Shown in pieces: positions 1-7,395 of a stretch of DNA of 64,000 nt. How positions within the stretch are numbered: position 1 is the stretch's first letter; every line of letters starts with the position of its first letter. Below the pieces are notes generated by a model. That model searched no databases and had not been told where the DNA came from. It was given only the letters and a program-made list of their open reading frames with translations. The position numbers and the translations under genes are program-made. This DNA comes from Candidatus Alloenteromonas pullicola (GTDB lineage: Bacteria > Bacillota_I > Bacilli_A > RFN20 > CAG-826): assembly GCA_018714785.1 (NCBI GenBank), contig DVMV01000018.1:10540-74539 (forward strand), read 5' to 3'.

Positions 1-91
1 CGCCGCCGGTGCTGCCGAAGTTCCCCTTTGGCCCGCAGGATGCGAGCGTGGTGGCGAGCAAGGCGCCCGCGAGGATGATTCTTCTGTTCAT
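1..91 (-). CDS. Lipoprotein, 5' end only (N-terminus MNRRIILAGALLATTLASCGPKGNFGSTGG...); runs off the window start
   Basis: Reverse-strand ATG at 91-89 preceded by GGAGG; signal peptide plus LASC lipobox; ATG overlaps the TGA of the upstream GH65 gene (ATGA). Confidence 0.5.
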   Translation of the reverse strand, partial: MNRRIILAGALLATTLASCGPKGNFGSTGG

Positions 92-2349
92 ATTGTTTCC
101 TCCTTTTTGTAAATATGAATTTGCTTGTCGTAGTTAAGGGCCAGCCGCGTGGCCTCGCCGGTTTCCGATCCGTTCAGGCGGTAGCGGAACGGGCTCTTGG
201 AGCTGAGGATTATCCTTTTCCCGCGGTAATCCACGGAGATTGGGGCGCCATGGTAGACGAAGGTCAGCTTGAACCGGCTCAATAGATAAACGAGCTTCGG
301 GGATATCTCAAGGAACCCCTCGCCAGCCTTGGCCCCCAATATCCCCCTGACGAAGAGGAAGAAGCCCGAGGCCAAGCTGCCGGCGTGCACCCCCTGCCCG
401 GCGTTGCCCTGCACGTCGTCGATGTCGATGCGCAGCGAGGCGTTTAGGTTATCCTCGAAGACCTTGAGGTCGCCGTTGTCGATGGCGGATAGGGCGTGGA
501 CACAGTATGTCAGGCTGCTGCTGGCCTCGCAGCGGGCGAGGTAGTATTCGTAGTTCTGCCGGTAGTTCTTTTCGAAGCCGAGGTTGAGGTAGGAATAAAG
601 GAGCAGCACATCGGGCTGCTTTATCACCTGGGAGAGGTGGTATAGCCCGCTTTGCTTCATCTGGAAGGAGGAGGCCTTCTTGTCCGATTTCCCCTCGACG
701 ATGAGCTCTTTGCTTAGGTTCAGGTATCCGTCGAACTGCGGCAGTATCCCGTCGACGAACTCCGGCTGGTAGAGCCTGGAGGCGAAGTCGGTTAGCTCCT
801 CCTCGCTTAGCTTGGCCAGACGGTATCCTAGCTCGCCCTTGAGACGGATGAACTCCTTCAAGACGAAGCCCAGCGTGACGTTGGTGTAGGCGTCGTCGTC
901 GACGTAGTCGTGGTGCTCGTCGGTCCCGGTGACGCACTTCAGCCGGTAATATGTCCCGTCGAAAGTCGACCGGGAGATGAAGTACTCGATGATCTCCTCG
1001 ATCATCGGGAAGCCGCATTCGAGGAGGAAGTCGCGGTCAAGGGTGTGGTAATAGTAGTTGAGGACCGCATAGGCCACGTCGCCGTTGATGTGGATCTGCA
1101 GGAAAGGGTGCTTGGCGTAGATCCAGACCTGCTCGTCGCCGTTGACGCTCGAGCAGAAGGCGTACTTCGCGCCCTTATACCCGGCGGCCTTGGCGTTTTC
1201 CTCGGAAGCCTTGAGCCGGTTGTAGCGGTATAGCAGCAGGTTCTTGCACTCCTTTGGGTAGGTGAGGAGGAAGAACGGCATCTGGTAGATCTCGCAATCC
1301 CACCAGACGAATTGGTTGTACTTCTCCGCCGTCAGGTTCTTCGCGCTCAGCGAGTGGACGTGGTCGTGGCGGTTGAATCCGATCAGCGTCTGGTAGTTGG
1401 CGTATCGAAGCAAGGTGTCGAGGACGTCGTTGCCGTATACCTTCACGTCGACCTTCTTGAACGCCTTCCTATAGGCCCTGAGGTGTGATTCGTAAAGCGA
1501 GGACCAGACCGGGCGCAGCGCCTTCGCGGCGGAGCGCTGGATGTTGCGGCCGTCTATGTTGGCGTAGAACGCCACGGCCTTCCTCATCTGCCCTTCCCGC
1601 CCGATCAGCTTGAACGACTCAAAGCTGCCATAGCATCCGCCACGGCCTTCGGCTGAGGCGAATCCCTGGGCTTCGTTCTTGTATAGGTAGAGCCCCTTCA
1701 TGCGGTACTTATCCCCATACTTAACCCGGATGCATTTCTTGCCATCGAGCGTCGAGAAGCAGGCCCCTCCGATCTTATGCTGGCCATTGGTCTTGCAAAG
1801 CAGGTCGATCCCGCTTTCGACGAAGATCGGGAGGTCGTGGTTGAGCTTCTTTATGGTCAGGCTCTGCAGGAACAGGTGGTCGCAGGCGAAGCTGCATACC
1901 CGGTGGAAGGTCAATGAGGTGGCGTTCCCTTGCTCATCCTCCACCACTATCTCGCGGGAGAGGCCACCGTTATTGAAGTCCAGGTAGCGGCGGAACGACT
2001 TCAGCTTGCAGTCCCACATCCTGAACGGCTTCCCGCCGATGTAGATGCGGAAGGCGGTTATGTCGCCGATGTTTATGCAGCTGTCCTCGTATTCGAACTC
2101 CTTCAGCTTCTGCTCGTCGAAGTAAAACTTCTTCATGTAGGAGTTGTCGCTGACGGTCTCGGGGATCTCGACTATCTTGTCGAACACCCCGCGGACGTAA
2201 GTCCCCTGGACGAAGACGTCGCCGAATTCCTCGAAGCTGCCGCGGATGCCGAAATACCCATTGCCGATGCCGAATATCGAGGCGTCCTTCATCTCGTCGG
2301 AGATGATGTATTCGTCTTCTAGGAATTTGTCTTTCAGGTAGTGGTACAT
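88..2349 (-). CDS. Glycoside hydrolase family 65 disaccharide phosphorylase (kojibiose/nigerose/maltose/trehalose phosphorylase type)
   Basis: 753 aa; N-terminal GNGYFGIRGSFEE motif and overall length/architecture typical of GH65; beta-phosphoglucomutase present in the same island. Confidence 0.75.
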   Translation of the reverse strand: MYHYLKDKFLEDEYIISDEMKDASIFGIGNGYFGIRGSFEEFGDVFVQGTYVRGVFDKIVEIPETVSDNSYMKKFYFDEQKLKEFEYEDSCINIGDITAFRIYIGGKPFRMWDCKLKSFRRYLDFNNGGLSREIVVEDEQGNATSLTFHRVCSFACDHLFLQSLTIKKLNHDLPIFVESGIDLLCKTNGQHKIGGACFSTLDGKKCIRVKYGDKYRMKGLYLYKNEAQGFASAEGRGGCYGSFESFKLIGREGQMRKAVAFYANIDGRNIQRSAAKALRPVWSSLYESHLRAYRKAFKKVDVKVYGNDVLDTLLRYANYQTLIGFNRHDHVHSLSAKNLTAEKYNQFVWWDCEIYQMPFFLLTYPKECKNLLLYRYNRLKASEENAKAAGYKGAKYAFCSSVNGDEQVWIYAKHPFLQIHINGDVAYAVLNYYYHTLDRDFLLECGFPMIEEIIEYFISRSTFDGTYYRLKCVTGTDEHHDYVDDDAYTNVTLGFVLKEFIRLKGELGYRLAKLSEEELTDFASRLYQPEFVDGILPQFDGYLNLSKELIVEGKSDKKASSFQMKQSGLYHLSQVIKQPDVLLLYSYLNLGFEKNYRQNYEYYLARCEASSSLTYCVHALSAIDNGDLKVFEDNLNASLRIDIDDVQGNAGQGVHAGSLASGFFLFVRGILGAKAGEGFLEISPKLVYLLSRFKLTFVYHGAPISVDYRGKRIILSSKSPFRYRLNGSETGEATRLALNYDKQIHIYKKEETI

Positions 2350-3515
2350 CAGAAGTCCTCGTAAAGGGAAGCCAGTATGCTGCTAACGTATCCCCGGACC
2401 AGGAAGTCGCTGGGGTGGTTGATGTTGTTGGCCAGGATGTCGACGCTGCGCTTGTGGCCAAGCAGGTATTGCGAATAGGAGGTCATGTCCATCAAGGCGA
2501 CCCCGTCGTAGCTCTCGGATAGATCCTTGAGGGGCTGTAGGTAGTTCTCCTGCCCGGCGCTTTGGGTGCTCTCGGGATTGGCCAGGATGGTGCTGACGAG
2601 CACGATCTCGGCATCGGGGTTCCTGGCCTGGATGCTGGCGACCATGAACTCGATGTTGTAGATGAAGTCGGCGGGCTTGACGTTCCACGAGCCGTCGTTC
2701 ATCCCGAACCCTATGAACACCAGGTCGGGGCTGTAGTCGTTGACGTTGACGTCCACGTTGGTCCGGCCCCATTCGGAGAGCGTGCCGCCCTTCGAGGTGT
2801 TGAAGAACTCGATCCCGTCGTAGCCGTAAAGCTGCTTCAGCATCTTGACGCTCGCGGTCGGGAAATCGTCGAGGTAAGGCGGGATGACCAGCTTCGAGCT
2901 GGCGTTGCACCCGGTCATGATCGAATCCCCATAGAAGCCGATGGTCAGGCGCTCCCTGTTGCGGAGCTTCTCGATCGTCTTGGGCAGGTCGGCCCCAAGA
3001 TACCCCGGCTTATACCCATCCCAGGAACCGGCGTGGCGGTAGGTGACGTTGAGCTGATGCATCACGATCCCGGGGCCCTCGGTGAACATTATCGGGTGTT
3101 CTTTGCCCTGATAGGTGTCGATGGCGTATTCGGAAGGCAGGTTCTCGCCGCGAAGGTTCTCCTGCGTGAAGTAAGGCAGCGATGAGCCCTCGGCGCGGAT
3201 TATCCGGTTCCCCTCGATCCGGTATTCGCTCGGGTCGATCTCCTTCTCGGTAGTGTAGTCGCGGACCGATATCACGTCGGTCGGCTCGAAAAGCAGGTTT
3301 CCGTATATCTGCCCGTCTTCCTCGACCAGGCAGACGGTCTCGTTGTAGATGGTCTGGTCTTCCCAGAATTTCTGGTATTTCTGCTCGTCGCCGTACATGT
3401 AAACGCCCTCCTGGGTTGAGGAATCGGCGCCGCTTCCCGATCCGGTCGGGGCGCAGGCGGCCAGCGAAGCCGCCGCTAGCAATGGCAATAAGGCCGCTTT
3501 TGCGCTTTTATTCAT
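2349..3515 (-). CDS. Secreted lipoprotein, SGNH/GDSL-family hydrolase with extra N-terminal domain
   Basis: Signal peptide with LAAC lipobox; GDSIMTGCN (GDS block) and GFGMNDG (GxND block) motifs. Confidence 0.7.
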   Translation of the reverse strand: MNKSAKAALLPLLAAASLAACAPTGSGSGADSSTQEGVYMYGDEQKYQKFWEDQTIYNETVCLVEEDGQIYGNLLFEPTDVISVRDYTTEKEIDPSEYRIEGNRIIRAEGSSLPYFTQENLRGENLPSEYAIDTYQGKEHPIMFTEGPGIVMHQLNVTYRHAGSWDGYKPGYLGADLPKTIEKLRNRERLTIGFYGDSIMTGCNASSKLVIPPYLDDFPTASVKMLKQLYGYDGIEFFNTSKGGTLSEWGRTNVDVNVNDYSPDLVFIGFGMNDGSWNVKPADFIYNIEFMVASIQARNPDAEIVLVSTILANPESTQSAGQENYLQPLKDLSESYDGVALMDMTSYSQYLLGHKRSVDILANNINHPSDFLVRGYVSSILASLYEDF

Positions 3516-4368
3516 TTTCGCCCTCCTCCATAAGGTTCAGCCTGTCGATCCTTATCTTCCCGCTTATGGCGCCGGTGGCCTCGAAGCCGATATTGAGGCT
3601 TATGAGGCCTAGGTCGCGCCTGTCGGTGAATGGCATGTAGCCGAGTTCTTGCGCCTTGGCGAAGCCATCGTAGATGAACTTCAAGACATCAAGCTTGATG
3701 CGGGCTTTGTCGCCAACCCCGAACCGGGGCGGGAGGTAGATGTGCGGGTCGATGCAGTAGATGAGCTTCCCGGTGGCATCCTCCTTGCCAACGTCCTCCG
3801 AGCAATAAGGCTTGGGGTAATCAAGCCGCGGGGCATCCATGAAGGGCAGCCCGAACCAGTAGAAATCTTGGTAGCTCTTGGAATTCGGGTTGCGGTCGCC
3901 TACTGCGAGGTATAAGGAGGCCTGCAGGGTGTGGAGGTCGTTCCTGTCCTCCCCCATCAGCGACTCCAGCGCGAGTATCTCGACGTCTAGCTCCACCACG
4001 AGGGACTTCATCCCACTTAAGGGGCGATAGCCGAATTCCTGCTCGACCAATAGGTGCGGCCAAGGCTCATTCGGCTGCCTCGGATGGTCGTATTCGTCGT
4101 GGCAATCGACGCCAAGCGTCAGCCGGCCCTGAGGATCCCTTATGACTTCCTTGCAGCGGTTGGCTATCGAGTACCCGCCCTCGAAGACCCTGACGTCGCG
4201 TTCGTGGTATAGGTCGGCCTTGGTGAAGTACTCGGCCAGCCGATAGGTCGGCGCCTCGAGGTTGGAGAAGGGCAGGCTCATCAGGCCGGTGTGGTTGTCT
4301 TCCAGCAGGCTGCGGCGCAATATCGAGAAACCCTTGGAGAAAGTCGGGTCTTTTATCAGGTTAATCAT
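3508..4368 (-). CDS. Uncharacterised protein, paralogue 1 of a tandem triad (cytoplasmic form)
   Basis: 286 aa; shares WPHLLVEQEF, FYWFGLPF, KLIYC motifs with the two downstream paralogues; no signal peptide. Confidence 0.6.
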   Translation of the reverse strand: MINLIKDPTFSKGFSILRRSLLEDNHTGLMSLPFSNLEAPTYRLAEYFTKADLYHERDVRVFEGGYSIANRCKEVIRDPQGRLTLGVDCHDEYDHPRQPNEPWPHLLVEQEFGYRPLSGMKSLVVELDVEILALESLMGEDRNDLHTLQASLYLAVGDRNPNSKSYQDFYWFGLPFMDAPRLDYPKPYCSEDVGKEDATGKLIYCIDPHIYLPPRFGVGDKARIKLDVLKFIYDGFAKAQELGYMPFTDRRDLGLISLNIGFEATGAISGKIRIDRLNLMEEGENE

Positions 4369-5263
4369 TCAGGACTCCTTTCAGCCGGATGTTGGATATC
4401 TCGCTGTCGACCGCGAACGATCCGGGCAGCTCCCAGCCGATGTTCATGTAGTTGACCACCAGGTTCCTCGAGGTGGCGAATATCTTGTTCTTCACCGCGT
4501 ATTTGACCGCGCGCCTTATGGCCGGGAGGATGTCGAGCGATATTTCGTACTCCTTCCCGAACTTCAATGGGGCGTCGGACAGGTAATCCTTGGAGTTCAG
4601 GCAATATATCAGGGCCTTGGTCGAGCCGGCGAAGTCCCCGTCGTATTGGATGTGCTTGGCGATGGATGGGTAGCGGTAATCGTAGATCGGGATGCCGAAC
4701 CAGATGAAGTTCCCGCCCAGGCCTTCCTTCGATTTGCCATTCCCCTCGCGGATGGTAAGGTACCATATGAACTGGGCGGTGTGCTTGTTCGGGTCGAAGG
4801 AATCGCCGTCCAGGCTCTTGACGTCGTTTATCCTGACCTTCACATTGGCGAATAAGGCGCTTAGGTCCCTTATCCTGACGCTTTCGACGAAGTCCTGCTC
4901 GAGCAGGAAGTGCGACCAGGGGGCGCTTGGGTCGGTTCTAGGGCCGCCAAGCCGCTGCTTGTACTCGGCTTGGGAATCGAGGACGAAGCGGAACCGGCCC
5001 TCGTTGGTGTTTATCAGGCAGCGCCTGGATTGGTTGAAGTACTCGTATACCCCTTCCGATTTCTTGCTGAAGGAGGCGTCCTTGAAGTCGTATGGGGTCC
5101 ACCACTGCGACATGATCCAGAGCACGTCGTTGACCTTGATGGCCTCGCCGCCGTAATCGAGGTAACTGAACACCTTCCGCTGGTCGGTGACCGGGTTGGG
5201 CCCTTGGAGGAAGAAGCCGCTTTTAAAGCACTCGTCGGTGAGCAAATCCTTGAAGTAAGACAT
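4361..5263 (-). CDS. Uncharacterised protein, paralogue 2 of triad (cytoplasmic form)
   Basis: ORF track gives 4361..5809 with a GC-rich junk N-terminus; real start taken as internal ATG at 5263 (MSYFKDLL...) preceded by GGTGAGGTG; motifs WSHFLLEQDF, FIWFGIPIYDYR, NIGWELPGSF. Confidence 0.6.
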   Translation of the reverse strand: MSYFKDLLTDECFKSGFFLQGPNPVTDQRKVFSYLDYGGEAIKVNDVLWIMSQWWTPYDFKDASFSKKSEGVYEYFNQSRRCLINTNEGRFRFVLDSQAEYKQRLGGPRTDPSAPWSHFLLEQDFVESVRIRDLSALFANVKVRINDVKSLDGDSFDPNKHTAQFIWYLTIREGNGKSKEGLGGNFIWFGIPIYDYRYPSIAKHIQYDGDFAGSTKALIYCLNSKDYLSDAPLKFGKEYEISLDILPAIRRAVKYAVKNKIFATSRNLVVNYMNIGWELPGSFAVDSEISNIRLKGVLND

Positions 5264-5265
5264 AT

Positions 5266-6315
5266 TCACCTCACCGCCAGCAGCGATAGCCTGCTCAAGG
5301 TCGATTCGATGTTGAACGAGCCGGGCAGCTCCCAGCCGGCGTTCATATAGTCGATGTAGCACTTGTTCCAATCCCATCCGGCAAGCGGGGGGTTGGCGGT
5401 GGCGGTCGAGCCGGTTATCAGCGCATCCTGCAGGAAGGGGATGAGGTCGACGTCGACCGTGTACTTCTTCCCCACCTCGACCCCGTTGGGAAGGAAGTCG
5501 TTCTGGCCCATGCGGTAGATCAGCGAATTGGTGGCGCCCTCGAACCCCTGGTCGATGTTGTAGGAAGGCTTTCCCTCGTTGCCGCGGTTGTCGAACAGCG
5601 GGACGCCGAACCAGAAGAAATTGTCGAAGTCGAGGTTGCGGATGGTGAAGTACATGATGAACTGGGCGGCGTGCATCGATGGGTTGTAGTGCTCCTGGTC
5701 GAACAGCGTCACGTCCTTTATCTGGAAGTCGAAGCTCAGGCGCAACGAACTCAGCTCGGACAGCAGCACGCTCTGCGAGAAGTTCTGCTCGATGAGGAAA
5801 TGCGACCACGTCTGGCTGGAGCTGGTCCTCGACCCGCCGAATCTTTCCTGATACTCAAGCCAGGAATTGAGCTGCATGCCCAGCTCGCCCTTATCGGTAT
5901 TGACCTTCAAGGTCCGGGATTCGTTCTGATAGATGTGGTATCCGTCGGAATAAGAATATGGGGCGTATTGGAAATCGAATGGGGTCCACCACTGCGCCAT
6001 CTGCCAGATCGTCCGGTCGCGCGGCTCGGCTTTCCCTTCGTAATCAAGATCCTTCACCACATGGGCATCGGTGGTCGAAGTCGACTTAAGCAGCAGCCCG
6101 GTCCGGAAATTGGCGTCGTCGAATAGCTGAACCTCACTGGCGACAGGGGACGATTGGGTAGAATCCTCTTTGGAGGATGATGAGGCGGGCTGACTGTCCT
6201 CGGTGCTTTCCCCGCTTTGGCTTGACGATGATGGCTGCCCGCCGCAAGAGGCGAGGGGCAAAGCGAGTAAGGCGAGCGCGCAATTAAGACGGTGATGCAT
6301 GGTAGACCTCCGCAC
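5266..6315 (-). CDS. Uncharacterised protein, paralogue 3 of triad (secreted lipoprotein form with Ser/Thr-rich linker)
   Basis: Signal peptide plus LASCGG lipobox, S/T-rich linker, then a domain ~45% identical by eye to paralogue 2 (WSHFLIEQNF, FFWFGVPLFDNR, NAGWELPGSF); GGAGG RBS. Confidence 0.65.
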   Translation of the reverse strand: MRRSTMHHRLNCALALLALPLASCGGQPSSSSQSGESTEDSQPASSSSKEDSTQSSPVASEVQLFDDANFRTGLLLKSTSTTDAHVVKDLDYEGKAEPRDRTIWQMAQWWTPFDFQYAPYSYSDGYHIYQNESRTLKVNTDKGELGMQLNSWLEYQERFGGSRTSSSQTWSHFLIEQNFSQSVLLSELSSLRLSFDFQIKDVTLFDQEHYNPSMHAAQFIMYFTIRNLDFDNFFWFGVPLFDNRGNEGKPSYNIDQGFEGATNSLIYRMGQNDFLPNGVEVGKKYTVDVDLIPFLQDALITGSTATANPPLAGWDWNKCYIDYMNAGWELPGSFNIESTLSRLSLLAVR

Positions 6316-6508
6316 CCACTAGGGGAACTGAGACGATTGTATTACCTTCTTAAACCAACCCCGCCCATTAGCAAAGAAGTTGGAAAATAATCTTAATTTG
6401 CGCACAAGTCGCTCACGAACACGCGCATTTGTTCATCGTTTTTTGCCGTTTTGCGTACAAAAGCAGGCCATTGATGCGCATTGAAGGTCACGTTTCAGGC
6501 ATAATTTC

Positions 6509-6536
6509 TTTGTAAAACCCGGGAAAACCTTATAAT
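6509..6536 (+). promoter_or_regulatory. Putative sigma-70-type promoter TTTGTA-N16-TATAAT for deoR; -10 ends 7 nt before the ATG (leaderless transcript predicted)
   Basis: Hexamers read directly; no Shine-Dalgarno before ATG 6544; upstream region also carries four TGCGCA-type repeats (6408-6480) that could be DeoR operators. Confidence 0.35.
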
Positions 6537-6543
6537 TAACGCG

Positions 6544-7305
6544 ATGTACGACTTGGAAAGACAGAATGAGATTTACGAGATTCTCAAGCAAAAGAAATCA
6601 ATCTCGGTTGACAAACTGACGAAGCTGCTTTACGTCTCGCAGTCCACCATCAGGCGCGACCTGACCGAGATGGAGAAGCAGGGCCTCGTGAAGAGAACCT
6701 ATGGCGGCGTGGTCCTCCAGGAATCACCCAATGAGGAGACCAGCCTTTTGCTCCGCGAGACAATCAACGTGAGGGAAAAGAAGAAGATCGCGGAGATCGC
6801 CTCCCGCCTTTTGAAGGACAACCTATCGGTCTTCATCGACTCCTCGTCTACCTGCACTTACCTAGTGCCGTATATGAAGAACTTCAAGAACCTAAACATC
6901 GTGACGAACGGGCTTCGAATCGGGCTTTTGCTTTCCGAGCAGACCTCTTGCCAGATCTTCTTGGCCAGCGGCTACATCCATTCGAGGTCCAACTCGATAT
7001 TAGGGAATCTGACCGTCAAGACGCTTGAGCGCCTCCACTGCGATCTTTCGATCATATCCTGCAGCGGGCTCGATCTTGGCTTCGGCCTAAGCGAAACGAC
7101 GATCGACCAGTCGGAGGTCAAGATCGCCATGGCCGAGAACTCCAATCGGATCATCCTGCTGGCCGACCACTCCAAATTCGACGACGCCAAGCTGTTCAAA
7201 TCGATCCCGCTTTCCAAGATAGACTGCATAGTCACCGATCAGAGGCCGAGCGAGGAATACGTCGAATTCTGCGCCAACAACGGGATTGAGCTTTTATATC
7301 AATAG
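6544..7305 (+). CDS. DeoR/GlpR-family transcriptional regulator
   Basis: N-terminal HTH (SISVDKLTKLLYVSQSTIRRDL) plus C-terminal sugar-phosphate-binding domain; 253 aa. Confidence 0.85.
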   Translation: MYDLERQNEIYEILKQKKSISVDKLTKLLYVSQSTIRRDLTEMEKQGLVKRTYGGVVLQESPNEETSLLLRETINVREKKKIAEIASRLLKDNLSVFIDSSSTCTYLVPYMKNFKNLNIVTNGLRIGLLLSEQTSCQIFLASGYIHSRSNSILGNLTVKTLERLHCDLSIISCSGLDLGFGLSETTIDQSEVKIAMAENSNRIILLADHSKFDDAKLFKSIPLSKIDCIVTDQRPSEEYVEFCANNGIELLYQ

Positions 7306-7347
7306 AAATAAACAGTTTTTGCAAAGATTTCCGTCAATGCAAAATAA

Positions 7348-7384
7348 AAAGGATGCCTGGAAGGGAGAGGGGCATCCTTTTTTC
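7348..7384. terminator. Rho-independent terminator between convergent genes (GGATGCC-loop-GGCATCC followed by T7)
   Basis: Hairpin 7350-7376 followed by tttttt; A-run upstream allows function on both strands. Confidence 0.6.
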
Positions 7385-7395
7385 GAAACGCTTGG

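Noticed and set aside
449-1018. Long antisense ORFs inside GC-rich genes (e.g. 449..1018, 2383..2910, 8392..8835, 18186..19214, 20396..21124, 23504..24343, 25629..26444, 35982..37076, 43046..43966, 45894..46517, 58519..59511)
   Set aside because: Each lies opposite a gene with clear family motifs. Their translations are Arg/Gly/Pro/Ala-rich low-complexity strings typical of alternative frames in GC-rich DNA, and none has an RBS or recognisable domain
4361-5809. ORF-track entry extending paralogue 2 by 182 codons so that it overlaps paralogue 3
   Set aside because: The extension is a non-ATG-initiated, Arg/Pro-rich antisense-type frame. An internal ATG at 5263 with GGTGAGGTG upstream, 1 nt after the upstream stop, gives a protein colinear with its paralogues. 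Similar N-terminal over-extensions were trimmed for the genes ending at 10703, 12772, 13611, 14008, 16113, 36980, 39022, 41355 and 47335
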